Shown in pieces: positions 22,740 to 38,419 of a stretch of DNA of 64,000 nt. The DNA lies in the NCBI GenBank assembly GCA_028826165.1, contig JAPDFW010000072.1, positions 310,001 to 374,000 of the forward strand, in the 5' to 3' direction. Source of the stretch: Anaeramoeba ignava BMAN. Lineage: Eukaryota; Protista; Anaeramoebae. Positions within the stretch are counted from its first letter, which is position 1, and each line of letters opens with the position of its first letter. A program made the translations under genes and the position numbers. The notes under the pieces were generated by a model, which was not told where the DNA came from, did not search any database, and saw only the letters and a list, made by a program, of their open reading frames with translations.

Positions 22740-24120
22740 TTTATTTATATTTTTAATTAGATTTTTATTTATATTTTTAATTATATTTCAAATTAAATTC
22801 TATTCCACTTTTTATTTATATTTTTATTTATATTTTTAATTAGATTATTATTTATATTTTTATTTAGATTTCAAATTAAATTCTATTCCACTTTTTATTT
22901 ATATTTTTATTTATATTTTTATTTAGATTATTATTTATATTTTTATTTAGATTTTATTTATATTTTTATTTATATTTTTATTTAGATTTTTATTTAGATT
23001 TCAAATAAATTCTATTCCACTTATTATTTATATTTTTATTTAGATTTTTATTTATATTTTTATTTAGATTTTTATTTATATTATTATTTAGATTATTATT
23101 GAGAACATTTCAATTTTTATTTATATTTTTATTTAGATTTCAAATTAAATTCTATTCCACTTTTTATTTATATTTATATTTAGATTATTATTTATATTTT
23201 TATTTATATTTTTATTTAGATTATTATTGAGAACATTTCAATTTTTATTTATATTTTTATTTAGATTTCAAATTAAATTCTATTCCACTTTTTATTTATA
23301 TTATTATTTATATTTATATTTATATTTTTATTTTTATTTATATTTTTATTTAGATTATTATTTATATTTTTATTTAGATTATTATTTAGATTATTATTTA
23401 TATTTTTATTTATATTTTTATTTATATTTTTATTTAGATTATTATTTATATTTTTATTTATATTTTTATTTAGATTATTATTTATATTTTTATTTATATT
23501 TTTATTTATATTTTTATTTAGATTATTATTTATATTTTTATTTAGATTATTATTTATATTATTATTTATATTTTTATTTAGATTTTTATTTAGATTTTTA
23601 TTTAGATTATTATTTAGATTTTTATTTATATTTCAAATTAAATTATATTCCACTTTTTATTTAGATTATTATTTAGATTATTATTGAGAACATTTCAATT
23701 TTTATTTATATTTTTATTTAGATTTCAAATTAAATTCTATTCCACTTTTTATTTATATTTCTATTTATATTTTTATTTATATTTTTATTTATATTATTAT
23801 TTATATTTTTAATTAGATTTATATTTAGATTATTATTTATATTTCAAATTAAATTCTATTCCACTTTTTATTTAGATTATTATTTATATTTATATTTATA
23901 TTTTTATTTATATTTTTATTTATATTTTTATTTATATTTTTATTTAGATTTTTATTTATATTTATATTTATATTTTTATTTATATTTTTATTTATATTTT
24001 TATTTAGATTTTTATTTATATTATTATTTAGATTTATATTTATATTTTTATTTATATTTTTATTTAGATTTTTATTTATATTTTTATTTATATTTTTATT
24101 TATTTTTTGTTCCACTTTTT
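22740..24120. repeat. Compound AT-rich tandem repeat (12-bp TATTTATATTTT/TATTTAGATTAT units punctuated by AAATTCTATTCCACTTTTT)
   Basis: Seen directly; lies between the divergent selenoprotein candidate and copine. Confidence 0.85.
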
Positions 24121-24467
24121 TTTGAATAAGTAAATAAAATTAAATTTAAAAAAGAATTTTAAATAAAAATTAAATTAAAAAGGGGTTAGAAAAAGAAAAA
24201 GAAAAAGGGAAATTATCTTATTTTATTTATTTCAAAAAATTTAAATTAAAAAGGAGAAGAAAAAAAAAAAGGAGAAAAAAAAAATGATCAAAAAAAAAAA
24301 AGAAAAAAAAAACTTTTTAATTAAATTTGACTTATCAAAACAAAAACAACAAAACAAAAAAAACAAAACAAAAAAAAAATTTAAATTTCATTTTTTTATT
24401 TTTATTTTTATTTTTATTTTTATTATTATTATTAAATTTATTAAAGAAGTAAAATAACAAAGAAGAA

Positions 24468-27400
24468 ATGCAACAAAACGCACAATTTGAATTTGCAGAT
24501 GATGGTTATTTTTCGAAAGTAGAAATACATGTGAGTTGCACAAAGTTAGTAGACCTTGACACGTTTACAAAAAGTGATCCAATGGTAGTTATATTTACAC
24601 CAGCACCAGGTCAACGTGGAAGATGGATGGAACATGATAGAACTGAGATTGTTTGGTATTTTTTTTCTTGAAGTTTTTTTTCCTTTTTTTTCTTTTTAAT
24701 TTTTTTTATTTAAAATTTTTTGAATTGAATTTAATTTAAATTTGGAATTCTCAATTTATTTTAATAATTATTTAATTCAAACTATTTTAAAAATTTATAA
24801 TTATTTAATTCAAATTATTTTAAAAATTTATAATTATTTAATTAAAATTATTTTAAAAATTTATAATTATTTTATTCAAACTATTTTAAAAATTTATAAT
24901 TATTTAATTCAAACTATTTTAAAAATTTATAATTATTTTATTAAAACTATTTTAAAAATTTACAATTATTTAATTAAAATTATTTAAAAATTTATTATTA
25001 TTTAATTAAAATTATTTAAAAATTTATAATTATTTAATTAAAACTATTTTAAAATTTTTATTATTATTTAATTAAAATTATTTTAAAAATTTATAATTAT
25101 TTAATTAAAATTATTTTAAAAATTTACAATTATTTAATTAAAATTATTTAAAAATTTATAATTATTTTATTCAAACTATTTTAAAAATTTATAATTATTT
25201 AATTAAAACTATTTTAAAAATTTATAATTATTTAATTCAAACTATTTAAAAAAATTTATAATTATTTTATTAAAACTATTTAAAAAATTTACAATTATTT
25301 AATTAAAACTATTTTAAAATTTATTATTATTTAATTAAAATTATTTTAAAAATTTACAATTATTTAATTAAAATTATTTTAAAAATTTATAATTATTTTA
25401 TTCAAACTATTTTAAAAATTTATAATTATTTAATTAAAACTATTTAAAAATTTATTATTATTTAATTAAAACTATTTTAAAAATTTATAATTATTTAATT
25501 AAAACTATTTAAAATTCTTAAAAAATTTTTCTCCTTTTCTTTTACTTTTTCTTTCTTTTTAGGAATGATTTAAATCCACGTTTTGTTAAAGCTATTACAA
25601 TGGATTATCATTTTGAAGAAAATCAACCTTTAAAATTTGTTGTTTATCATGTTGTTTCAGAAAAAAAACCTTTATCTCAACAAAGAGTTATTGGAGAAGC
25701 TGAATGTATGTTATCTCAATTAGTTTCAGCTAGAACTGGTGCTTTTACAAAAGATTTAACGTAAAAAATAAAAAAAATAAAAAAAATGATGATTAAAAAT
25801 GATTAAAAATGAGTCATTATTAAAAATTGCTTTTTTTTAATTAATATTTTTTTTTTTCATTTGATTAGTCATCCAAGTAAACCAAATCAAAGTAGAGGAA
25901 AAATTAATATTTTTTGTGAAGAAGTTCGTGCAATGAGTTATATAGCTAAATTCCGATTCTGTGCAAAAAAACTTGATAAAAAAGATTTTTTTGGAAAAAG
26001 TGATCCATTCCTTGTTATAAGTAAGTGTAGAGAAGGGAATGTGTATGTACCAGTTCATCAAACAGAATTTTACAAAAGAACATTAAACCCAACATGGAAA
26101 CCATTTTCAATTACTGTTCAGAAACTTTGCAATGGAGATTTTGATCGACCACTTAATTTAGAAGTAATTTTGAAATGAATTAAAAAAATATTAAATAAAT
26201 AAATAAATAAATTAAATAAATATTAAATAAATATATTAAATAAATATTAAATAAATAAATATATTAAATAAATATTAAATAAATAAATATATTAAATAAA
26301 TATTAAATATATTAAATAAATAAATATTAAATAAATATATTAAATAAATAAACTTTATTAAAGGTTTACGATTGGAATAGAAACTCAGCAGCTGATTTCA
26401 TCGGTACAGCTAAAACTTCACTTCGAGAACTTCACGAAGGAAACAAAAGAACATTTGATCTAATCAACCCAGAAAAAAAACGGAAAAAGAGAAAATACAA
26501 AAATTCTGGAGTATTACATTTACTTCATTGCGAATTAATTCAAGAATATTCATTTTTAGATTATATCGCTGGAGGATGCGATATATCATTAATTGTAGCA
26601 ATAGATTTCACAGCATCCAATGGAAATCCTCAGATGCCTAACAGTTTACATTACATGGGAAACCCATACGAGCCTAACGAGTATGTAAAAGCAATCACAG
26701 CCGTAGGAGAAATTTTAGCATATTACGATTCAGACAAGATGTTTCCAGTATATGGATTTGGAGCGAAGATTCCACCACGCGGAGATGTGAGCCATTGCTT
26801 CCCATTGAATTTCAATTGGGAGAACGCAGAGGTTCAAGGAGTTGGAGGAATTTTACAATCATATCAATTCGCACTTCAACAAGTCCGATTACACGGACCG
26901 ACAATATTTGCAAACATCATTCGTGTTGCAGCACAATTTGCAAGCCAACAAGTGACACAACAGAACCAACGATTCTTTATTCTTCTTATTATTACAGACG
27001 GTGTTATCAACGACATGGAGGCAACCATTGATGAGATTGTTCGCGCTTCCGTTCTTCCACTTGCAATCGTTATTGTCGGCGTTGGAAATGCTGATTTTTC
27101 AAATATGGATGTTCTTGATGCTGATGATGTTCCTTTAAAATCTTCTTGGGGAGAAACTATGCATCGTGATATCGTTAATTTTATCCCTTTTTCTGAGTAT
27201 AAAAACAAACCAGTTTCCGAACTTGCTAAAGCAACTTTGGAGGAAATTCCTCTCCAATTAACTTCCTTTTTCAAAATGAAAGGAATTGTTCCAAATCAAA
27301 GACCTCAAATGCAACAAGTCCAACAAATGCAAACTAATCAACAAATGCCTAACCAACAAATGCCTAACCAACCAATGCAACCAAATCAACAAGTTCAACA

Positions 27401-27485
27401 AATTCCTCCTCCAAATCAACAAATGACAAATCAACAACCTCAACATCAATCTTTCTATCAACCTCCTCCAAATCAAAATAACTAA
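24468..27485 (+). CDS. CPNE: Copine (C2-C2-vWA); exons 24468-24655, 25563-25760, 25869-26163, 26364-27485
   Basis: LDTFTKSDP, LDKKDFFGKSDPF, VYDWN, SFLDYI, AIDFTASNG, YDSDKMFPVYGFGA, LLIITDG, RDIVNF. Three GT-AG introns, all in frame. Q/P-rich tail. Confidence 0.93.
24760..25510. repeat. 33-bp tandem repeat filling copine intron 1
   Basis: Unit is approximately TATTTAATTAAAACTATTTTAAAAATTTATAAT. Confidence 0.85.
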
Positions 27486-27739
27486 TTCTTCCCTTTTTTT
27501 TCTTTTTGATTTTTCTTTTTCTTTTTCTTTTTCTTTTTCTCTTTTATTTTTTCTTTCTTTATTTTCATTTTGATTTTGATTTTCATTTTGATTTTCAATT
27601 TGCTTTGCTTTGCGAAAAAAAAATTAATTTTCTTAATTGATTTATTTTGTTTTTTTTGATTTGGATTCTTATTTTTTTTTTATTAAAGGGAAAAATAAAA
27701 AAAACAAAAAAAAAATTCCAATTTTTTAAATTTTTTGAT

Positions 27740-30192
<2,453 letters not shown>

Positions 30193-30519
30193 TTTAATTT
30201 AATTTTAATTTTAATTTTAATTTTAATTTTAATTTTCGTTTTTTTTTTTAATAATAATAAAAGAATAAAAATTAAAAAAAGGGAGAAAAAAAAAATGATT
30301 AAAAAAAAAAGGAGAATTTTAATAATTTTTTTTTATTTTTTTTTTCATTTTTTTCATTTTTTTTTAAATTTGTAAATAATTTTTATTAAAATAAAAAAAA
30401 TTTTTTTTTCCTCTTTTTATAAATTATTTAATTAAGTTTCTCAAGCATTTATTTAACAATTAAATGTTTTATCTTAATCACAACACTTTTATGCAGAATT
30501 TCATTTTACATTTATATAG

Positions 30520-31160
30520 AAATATAAATCAAATCTAAATATAAATATAAATATAAATATAAATATAAATATAAATCTAAATATAAATATAAATATAAAT
30601 ATAAATATAAATATAAATATAAATATAAATATAAATATAAATATAAATATAAATATAAATATAAATATAAATATAAATATAAATCAAAATATAAATATAA
30701 ATATAAATATAAATATAAATATAAATCTAAATATAAATATAAATATAAATCTAAATCTAAATCTAAATCTAAATATAAATCTAAATATAAATATAAATCT
30801 AAATCTAAATATAAATATAAATATAAATATAAATATAAATATAAATATAAATATAAATATAAATATAAATATAAATATAAATATAAATATTAATTTAATT
30901 ATAAATATAAATTTAATTATAAATATAAATATAAATGTAAATGTAAATATAAATATAAATATAAATATAAATATTTAAATATAAATATAAATATAAATAT
31001 GAATATAAATATAAATATAAATATAAATATAAATATAATTATAAATATAAATATAATTATAAATATAAATATAAATATAAATATAAATATAAATGTAAAT
31101 GTAATTATAAATATAAATATAAATATAAATATAAATATAAATATAAATATAAATATTAAA
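30520..31160. repeat. (AAATAT)n array, probably inside a 5'-UTR intron of the Alba gene (GT 30372 .. AG 31212)
   Basis: Hexamer array; TTAG|G-ATG immediately precedes the Alba start and GTAAAT lies at 30372. Confidence 0.7.
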
Positions 31161-31213
31161 ATTAAAATAATATTAAAATTATAATTAAAATTATAATTAA
31201 AATTATAATTAGG

Positions 31214-32526
31214 ATGGAAAAATTTTCACTTCAAAGAAAAACCAATCGAACAAGACCACAACCAGGAGAAATTAGAATTTCACCAAGATCAAGAAAAAAT
31301 TGGATTTTTAGATTAATTTTAAGAAATTTAGAAAATAGAGACAAAGTGGAAGTAAGAGCAAGAGGTTCAGCTATTCATCATGCTCTTATCATTACAGAAA
31401 GAGTTAAACAAGTTATAAAAGATCTACATCAAATTGTTGAGATTGGAGTTACTGAATTAAAATCTACATGGATTCCAAGAGAAGAAGGTCTTGATATGTA
31501 CTTGTCTTCGAATTATTCAAGATTTATAAATTAAATTCATTTATAAAATTAAAATTAAAATTAAAATTAAAATTAAAATTCATTTATAAAATTAAAATTA
31601 AAAATAAAATTAAATTAAAATTAAAATTAAAATTAAAATTCATTTATAAAATTCATTTATAAAATTAAAATTAAAATTAAAATTAAAATTAAAATTAAAA
31701 TTAAAATTAAAATTAATATTAAAATTAAAATTCATTTATTAAATTAAAATTAAAATTAAAATTAAAATTCAAATTAAAATTAAAATTAAAATTAAATTAA
31801 AATTAAAATTAAAATTAAAATTAAATTAAAATTAATATTCATTTATAAAATTAAAATTCATTTATAAAATTCATTTATAATATTAATTTTAATATTAAAA
31901 TCGGATAAAAAATTAAATTGAAAAATAGTGTGGAAACAACAAAAAGAATCGAATACATCGTGATCCAGCTTTCTAAAACAGCACCCAAAGACACTAACAT
32001 AGTTGGATATCAAGCACCACCAGGAAAAATCTACTCAAGCCAAGACATATCATTTCCACGAAAAGATACAATCCGATCAAATTTCTCCAACAAACCAAAT
32101 GATCAACAAAGATCAAGATTTTCAAATCAAAGAAGAAATCCAAGATCCCAAATGCCATTTGGAAATCGGCGAAGACCATTCAACCCACAAAGAGGATTCA
32201 GACAACCAATGATGAGACGAACAGGACAAATGCCATTCCAATCAAGAAATTCACGTTTCCAAAGACCTCGAAACCCTCGAAACTTTCGAAATCAATTTTC
32301 ACAAAGAACTCAGCCCTCTAGATCAAGATTCCCCCAATCAAATCGTCGCCCTTTTAATCCTCAAAGACAGTTCAATAGACCAAGAGATAATTCAGGTAGA
32401 TCTTTTAATAGAAATCGCTTGCCTCAAACTTTCCCAATGATGGTTGCTTACCCTCCTTTCTACCCACAATTTTCCCCAAGAAGAAACCAATATTTCTCAG
32501 GAAGAAGACCTCCTCAAAGAGATTAA
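31214..32526 (+). CDS. Alba/Rpp25-family nucleic-acid-binding protein with Arg/Phe/Gln/Pro-rich tail (exons 31214-31497, 31929-32526)
   Basis: GEIRIS, VEVRARGSAIHHALIITERVK, LHQIVEI, WIPREEGLD, IVIQLSK, GYQAP are eukaryotic Alba signatures. Confidence 0.88.
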
Positions 32527-32896
32527 TCGCAAGCTTGCTTCTTTTTTAATTCTCATTGTCGTTATTTAGCGACTAAACAAAAACCACTTTTTTCTTTTTT
32601 TAAAAAATTTTCCAAAAGAAAAAAATCATTTTTTTCAATAATAAAAAAACTTCTTCAAAAACTGGAATATTAACAAAATTAATTCTCAATTCAAAATTCC
32701 AGTCTCAAAATCAACTTCGCTTTTAATTTTTTTGATTAATAATTTTAAAAAAATTTTTTTCATTTTTTTTTTTCATTTTTTTTTTTCCTTTTTTTTTTAA
32801 AGTTTAACGAATTCAAAATAATTCAAATTCTTTTGAAATTATTTTTGAAATTAATTTTTCTACAAAATTTACAATTCTTTTCAAAATCAAAAATAA

Positions 32897-35800
32897 ATGA
32901 ACAAACAAATAAAAAATAAACCAAATTATGTTCAAATCAAAAATCAAGAAAAATACATGATCAAATCGATCATCAAAAACAAAACCAACCGCTATTTCGT
33001 CTTAAGACACGCAACCGAGGGAACATTATCAGTTGTTGTGCCGAAAGGGAAGTGGCGAAACTCGATACTAAATGTGGGGAATTATGTGAGAATTTTCATA
33101 TCGCCTGAGAATTGCGATTACAAACAAAAAGAGTATTTTTGTTTAACAAACACAGATATTATGATTGTCGAACCGGATGTGCTAGTGAATGTAACAACGG
33201 TTCATCAGAGCGAGTGGTGTTTGCGTAAAGTGGTTCTGTCTCAAAAATTCCCTAGAAGTTATAATGAGTTAACCGAAGCCACTTTATTAGTCGGAAATAT
33301 TTTGCATCTCATTTTCCAAAAATTCCTTCAGTTCGCCTTGATCTCCTGCGACCATTCTCTTCTTGAGAAAATTGTCCGTGAAGTCATCTTGGAGAACTGG
33401 GAGTCAATGCTTCTTTCTCCAACAACACAAGTCAACCAATTAATTTCCGAAATTTTCAAAAGTATCCCCCATTTTTTGGATTGGCGAAAATCCTTTTTTA
33501 TTGACAGTTCGGAGATCTTGTTTGAATCAGATCGCTTGGTTCGCTTCAAATGCCTGAATTTGCTCAGCTCAGAAGAGTCTGTTTGGTCTCCTTTGTTGGG
33601 ATTGAAAGGTCGACTTGATGCTGTAATTGAGACGTTATTTTTCCCGAATCTGTCAAATCAAATACAAAATTCCGATCAGATCCAAAAAAACCCTTTTTTG
33701 AGTTCCGAAGAGAAGGAACAATCCCAACAGCAAATCGCTATTCTTCCTTTGGAACTCAAAAACTCCACAAAAATGAACGCTTCGTCTCACTTGGCTCAAG
33801 TCGTTCTTTATCTGCAGCTCTTAAAAAACCGTTATCTTCAGGATATCCCTTGTGGTCTTCTTCATTACCTCCCTCTAAAACCCCAGCAATCTATGCTTGG
33901 AGTGGAACATAATCAACATGTTCTTGTCGATCTCATGATCCAAAGAAATAAGATTGTTGATTCTTTCAAACAAAACCATTTGCCAGATTTCGATGATCCT
34001 TCAAGATTCAAATGCCAAAAATGTGGATTTCGTAAAATTTGTGGGATTTTTGAACAACTTGACCACGATCCATTTACACAACCTCAATTTGATTTAACAT
34101 CTTCTCAAGAATTACTTTCTCAGAACCACGTTAACTTTCTTAAGAAATGGAATCGGTTGATCAATCTTGAGGAAAATGAACTCATCTCAACTCAACAGAA
34201 CATTTGGATCCAAAAGAGAAGTGAACGAGAAAGTTTGGGGTTAACAATAACAAGATTATCACTGATTCAAGACTCTGTTTCGACACGATTCACATGGATT
34301 TATAAGTTCTATAGAGCTCCCGATCCAAAAATGAATTCAAAAGGGAAAAAACAGGAATCTTTATTAAAAATGGATCATTTTTCTGAAGGAACTCGAGTAA
34401 TAATATCCGAAGATTTTTTGGAAGATGAAGAGTTTTCCAAATTTTACTCAAATAAAATTGGTATTTGTGAAGGATATATTGTTGCTCTTTCTCGTTATAC
34501 TATTGAAATTGAAGTTCATCAAAGAATTTTTTGGCTTGACAAGAAAAATCAACAAGAAAATCAGTTTTGGAGATTGGATTGTTCAGAACATACTCATTCT
34601 CTTTCTCTTGCTAGAGATAATTTGTTCAAATTATTTTCAGAACCTTCTAATTTAGGTCTTCGTGAAATGGTTGTTGATCTTAATTCTCCTCAATTTATGA
34701 ATGAAAACAAAACAAATATAAATAATCTATTCAAAAATAATCAAAATCAATTAATTTTAAATCAACTTCAAGAAAGCTCACTGAAAAATCAATTCCAAAT
34801 AAATTCTTTATTAAATTCAAATCCAAAACCAAATTTAAATTTATCAAATTCACTAAATAATAATAACAATCAATTAGAAACAAAATATCAAGAAAAATCT
34901 CCACAAATTAAATTGATTCCATTGAATTTCCATAATTCAAATCAAAATTTAAATTCAAATTTAAATTCAAATTCAAATCAAAATTTAAATCAAAAATTAA
35001 ATCAAAATCTAAATTTAAATCTAAATTCAAATTCAAATCAAAATTCAAATTCAAACCAAAATTCAAATCAAAATTCAAATTCAAATTCAAATTCAAATCA
35101 AAATTCAAATCAAAATTTAAATTCAAATTTAAATCAAAATTTAAATCAAAATTCAAATCAAAATTCAAAATTAAATTCAAACCAAAATCAAAATTCAAAT
35201 CAAAATTTAAATTTAAATCGATTTAAAAGTTTCTCACCTTTAACAATAAAGATAAACCAAAATTTAAATCAAAACAAGAATATGTTACCTTTAACTCCTC
35301 TCAAACTCAATCCTTTATTTAATCAAAATTCAAATTCAAATTCAAATTCAAATTCAAATTCAAATCAAAAGAAATTTAATCCTCAACCTTTAACAAAATT
35401 AAAGCTCAAACCTTTACTAAATTTAAATCAAAACCAAAATCAAACTTTAAATTTAAATTCAAATCCAAAACCAAATTCAAATTCAAATCAAAATTTAAAT
35501 TTAAATTTAAATTTATCAAATTCAAAACAAAATTTAAATTTAAATTTATCAAATTCAAAACCAAATTTAAATTTAAATTTATCAAATTCAAAACAAAATT
35601 TAAATTTAAATTTATCAAATTCAAATCCAAATTCAAATCAAAATCAAAATTTAAATTTAAATTTATCAAATTCAAAACAAAATTCAAATTCAAAACCAAA
35701 TTCAAATTCAAAACAAAATTTAAATTTAAATTCAAATTCAAAACAAATAAATCCTTTAAATCAATTAGAAACAAAATATCAAGAAAAATCTCCACAAATT

Positions 35801-38362
35801 AAATTGATTAAATTGAATTTTCATAATTCAAATTCAAATTCAAATTCAAATTCAAATTCAAATTCAAATTCAAATTCAAATTCAAATTTAAATTCAAATT
35901 CAAATTCAAATAAAAATTCAAATTTATATCAAAATTCAAATTCAAATTCAAATTCAAATTCAAATTCAAATTCAAATTCAAATTCAAATTCAAATTTATA
36001 TCAAAATTCAAATTCAAATTCAAATTCAAATAAAAATTTAAAGTTATATCAAAAAATCGATCTCGAATTGGAAAATTTAAAAAAAGAACAAACACTGCTT
36101 AATTTATCACAAAAAAGAATTGAAAAATTATCAAAGTTTCTGAACGAAGATCAACTAGAAGCAATCAAAAAAGTTCTCTTATCACAAAACTACACATTAA
36201 TATTAGGATTCCCAGGAACAGGAAAAACAACACTAATATCTGAATTAATAAAAATTCTCATTTCAAACAATAAATCTGTTCTTCTTTCTGCATTTACTAA
36301 TATTGCAGTTGATAATGTTCTTCTCAAAATCAAAGATTTTTTCCAAAAACATTCAACAAAATTCATTCGAATTGGAAGTTCACAACGAACCCACAAAGAA
36401 ATATACGAATTCACACTTGAAAACATGGTGAAATCAATGGATCCAGAAAATATTGAAGAATCATTTGTAATAAACTTCCGAGAAAACCTTGAAAAAATCC
36501 AACTTGTGGCAACAACAACATCTGGAATGAATCATAATTTTTTTCGAACAAGAAAATCACATTTTGATTTCTGCATCATTGATGAAGCAAGCCAAGTCTC
36601 TGTTCCCAACACAATAGGACCGCTACTTTATGCAGAGAAATTTGTTCTTGTTGGGGATCAAAATCAACTCCCTCCGCTTGTGATTAATCCGATTGCAAGA
36701 GCAGAGGGATTATCAACGAGTCTTTTTGAAACTCTTTATGTTCATCATCCAGAATCAAGTGTTTCTCTCACAACCCAATATCGGATGAACCAAGAAATCA
36801 TGTCTGTTGCAAATGAACTATTTTACAACCACAAACTAAGGTGTCCGAATAGTTTAATTTCGTCTGCTAAATTATCCCTCAATTTCTCTTCTCAAATCCT
36901 GTCAACTTTTTTCAATCCAAAAATTCCGTTAGAAATTTTAAAAGCAATTGATCCTGATCTTCCCGTTTTATTTATTGACACACAAAAGGATTCTTCATTT
37001 CGAGAAACTCATGATTCAGGCTCCCTTTATAACATAAAAGAAGCTGAATTAACTCTTGGTATTTTGAATGCATTTGCCATTTCGGGACTTTCTGGTTCTG
37101 ATATTGGAGTTATTTCTCCTTATAATGCCCAAGTCAAAATTCTTAAGCATATGATTAAGTCTTCCAAATCTCAAAATCTTATCAAAAGTCAATCTTCAAA
37201 TTCTTCTCCTTCTCTTATTAATTCTTCAAATGATTTGGATGGTCTTGAAATTCATACTATTGATTCTTATCAAGGAAGAGATAAGGAATGTTTAATTATT
37301 ACTTTTGTTAGATCAAATGATAGAAAGGAAATTGGTACTTTAATTCCTGATTGGAGGAGGATTAATGTTGCTTTGACTAGAGCTAAAAAAAAATTGATTA
37401 TGATTGGTGATTTGAATACTTTGGATAATTGTGATTTTATATCAAAATTGGCTAATCTTGTTAGAAAAAATAAATGGGTTTTTGAGATTACAAATTTAGA
37501 ACCAAATTTACAAGAAAATTTAAATCAAATTGAAAATTTAAATCAAAATCAAAATCAAATTCAAATTGAAAATTTAAATCAAATTGAAAATTTAAATCAA
37601 AATCAAATTCAAATTGAAAATTTAAATCAAAACCAAAATCAAATTCAAAATTTAAATCAAATTGAAAATTTAAATCAAAATCAAAATCAAATTCAAATTG
37701 AAAATTTAAATCAAAATTTAAATCAAAATCAAAATCAAAATCAAAATCAAATTGAAAATTTAAATCAAATTGAAAATTTAAATCAAAATTTATATCAAAA
37801 TCAAATTGAAAATTTAAATCAAATTGAAAATTTAAATCAAAATCAAAATTTAAATCAAAATCAAAATCAAATTCAAATTGAAAATTTAAATCAAAATCAA
37901 AATTTAAATCAAAATGAAAATTTAAATCAAATTCAAAATCAAATTCAAAACCAAAATCAAAATCAAAATCAAATTCAAATTGAAAATTTAAATCAAAACC
38001 AAATTCAAATTGAAATTGAAAATTTAAATCAAATTGAAAATTTAAATCAAAATCAAAATCAAAATCAAAATCAAAATCAAAATTTAAATCAAAATCAAAA
38101 TTTAAATCAAAATCAAATTGAAAATTTAAATCAAAATCAAATTCAAATTCAAATTGAAAATTTAAATCAAATTGAAAATTTAAATCAAATTGAAAATTTA
38201 AATCAAATTGAAAATTTAAATCAAATTGAAAATCAAAATAAAAATCAAAATGAAAAGGAAAAAAATTTATTAAAAAATTCTGAAACAAGAAAAAGAGAAC
38301 AAAATTTTAATTCAATTTGTACTTTTTATAATGAAAAAAGAAACAAACTTTCTCAAAATTAA
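32897..38362 (+). CDS. DNA2: DNA2 nuclease/helicase
   Basis: EPDVLV..WCLRK, GNILH, GLKGRLDA, PLELK, HLAQVVLY, Fe-S CQKCGFRKIC; SF1 helicase motifs GFPGTGKTT, IIDEASQ, GDQNQLPP, QYRMN, TIDSYQGRDK, RRINVALTRAK. Confidence 0.95.
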   Translation: MNKQIKNKPNYVQIKNQEKYMIKSIIKNKTNRYFVLRHATEGTLSVVVPKGKWRNSILNVGNYVRIFISPENCDYKQKEYFCLTNTDIMIVEPDVLVNVTTVHQSEWCLRKVVLSQKFPRSYNELTEATLLVGNILHLIFQKFLQFALISCDHSLLEKIVREVILENWESMLLSPTTQVNQLISEIFKSIPHFLDWRKSFFIDSSEILFESDRLVRFKCLNLLSSEESVWSPLLGLKGRLDAVIETLFFPNLSNQIQNSDQIQKNPFLSSEEKEQSQQQIAILPLELKNSTKMNASSHLAQVVLYLQLLKNRYLQDIPCGLLHYLPLKPQQSMLGVEHNQHVLVDLMIQRNKIVDSFKQNHLPDFDDPSRFKCQKCGFRKICGIFEQLDHDPFTQPQFDLTSSQELLSQNHVNFLKKWNRLINLEENELISTQQNIWIQKRSERESLGLTITRLSLIQDSVSTRFTWIYKFYRAPDPKMNSKGKKQESLLKMDHFSEGTRVIISEDFLEDEEFSKFYSNKIGICEGYIVALSRYTIEIEVHQRIFWLDKKNQQENQFWRLDCSEHTHSLSLARDNLFKLFSEPSNLGLREMVVDLNSPQFMNENKTNINNLFKNNQNQLILNQLQESSLKNQFQINSLLNSNPKPNLNLSNSLNNNNNQLETKYQEKSPQIKLIPLNFHNSNQNLNSNLNSNSNQNLNQKLNQNLNLNLNSNSNQNSNSNQNSNQNSNSNSNSNQNSNQNLNSNLNQNLNQNSNQNSKLNSNQNQNSNQNLNLNRFKSFSPLTIKINQNLNQNKNMLPLTPLKLNPLFNQNSNSNSNSNSNSNQKKFNPQPLTKLKLKPLLNLNQNQNQTLNLNSNPKPNSNSNQNLNLNLNLSNSKQNLNLNLSNSKPNLNLNLSNSKQNLNLNLSNSNPNSNQNQNLNLNLSNSKQNSNSKPNSNSKQNLNLNSNSKQINPLNQLETKYQEKSPQIKLIKLNFHNSNSNSNSNSNSNSNSNSNSNLNSNSNSNKNSNLYQNSNSNSNSNSNSNSNSNSNSNLYQNSNSNSNSNKNLKLYQKIDLELENLKKEQTLLNLSQKRIEKLSKFLNEDQLEAIKKVLLSQNYTLILGFPGTGKTTLISELIKILISNNKSVLLSAFTNIAVDNVLLKIKDFFQKHSTKFIRIGSSQRTHKEIYEFTLENMVKSMDPENIEESFVINFRENLEKIQLVATTTSGMNHNFFRTRKSHFDFCIIDEASQVSVPNTIGPLLYAEKFVLVGDQNQLPPLVINPIARAEGLSTSLFETLYVHHPESSVSLTTQYRMNQEIMSVANELFYNHKLRCPNSLISSAKLSLNFSSQILSTFFNPKIPLEILKAIDPDLPVLFIDTQKDSSFRETHDSGSLYNIKEAELTLGILNAFAISGLSGSDIGVISPYNAQVKILKHMIKSSKSQNLIKSQSSNSSPSLINSSNDLDGLEIHTIDSYQGRDKECLIITFVRSNDRKEIGTLIPDWRRINVALTRAKKKLIMIGDLNTLDNCDFISKLANLVRKNKWVFEITNLEPNLQENLNQIENLNQNQNQIQIENLNQIENLNQNQIQIENLNQNQNQIQNLNQIENLNQNQNQIQIENLNQNLNQNQNQNQNQIENLNQIENLNQNLYQNQIENLNQIENLNQNQNLNQNQNQIQIENLNQNQNLNQNENLNQIQNQIQNQNQNQNQIQIENLNQNQIQIEIENLNQIENLNQNQNQNQNQNQNLNQNQNLNQNQIENLNQNQIQIQIENLNQIENLNQIENLNQIENLNQIENQNKNQNEKEKNLLKNSETRKREQNFNSICTFYNEKRNKLSQN

Positions 38363-38419
38363 TTAATTTGTTAATTAGTTAATTAATAAAAAATTTTTCA
38401 ATTTTTTAATTTTAAAATT

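Noticed and set aside
34700-36060. Second intein in DNA2
   Set aside because: The insertion is low complexity, has no block A/B/F/G motifs and is not within a conserved motif.
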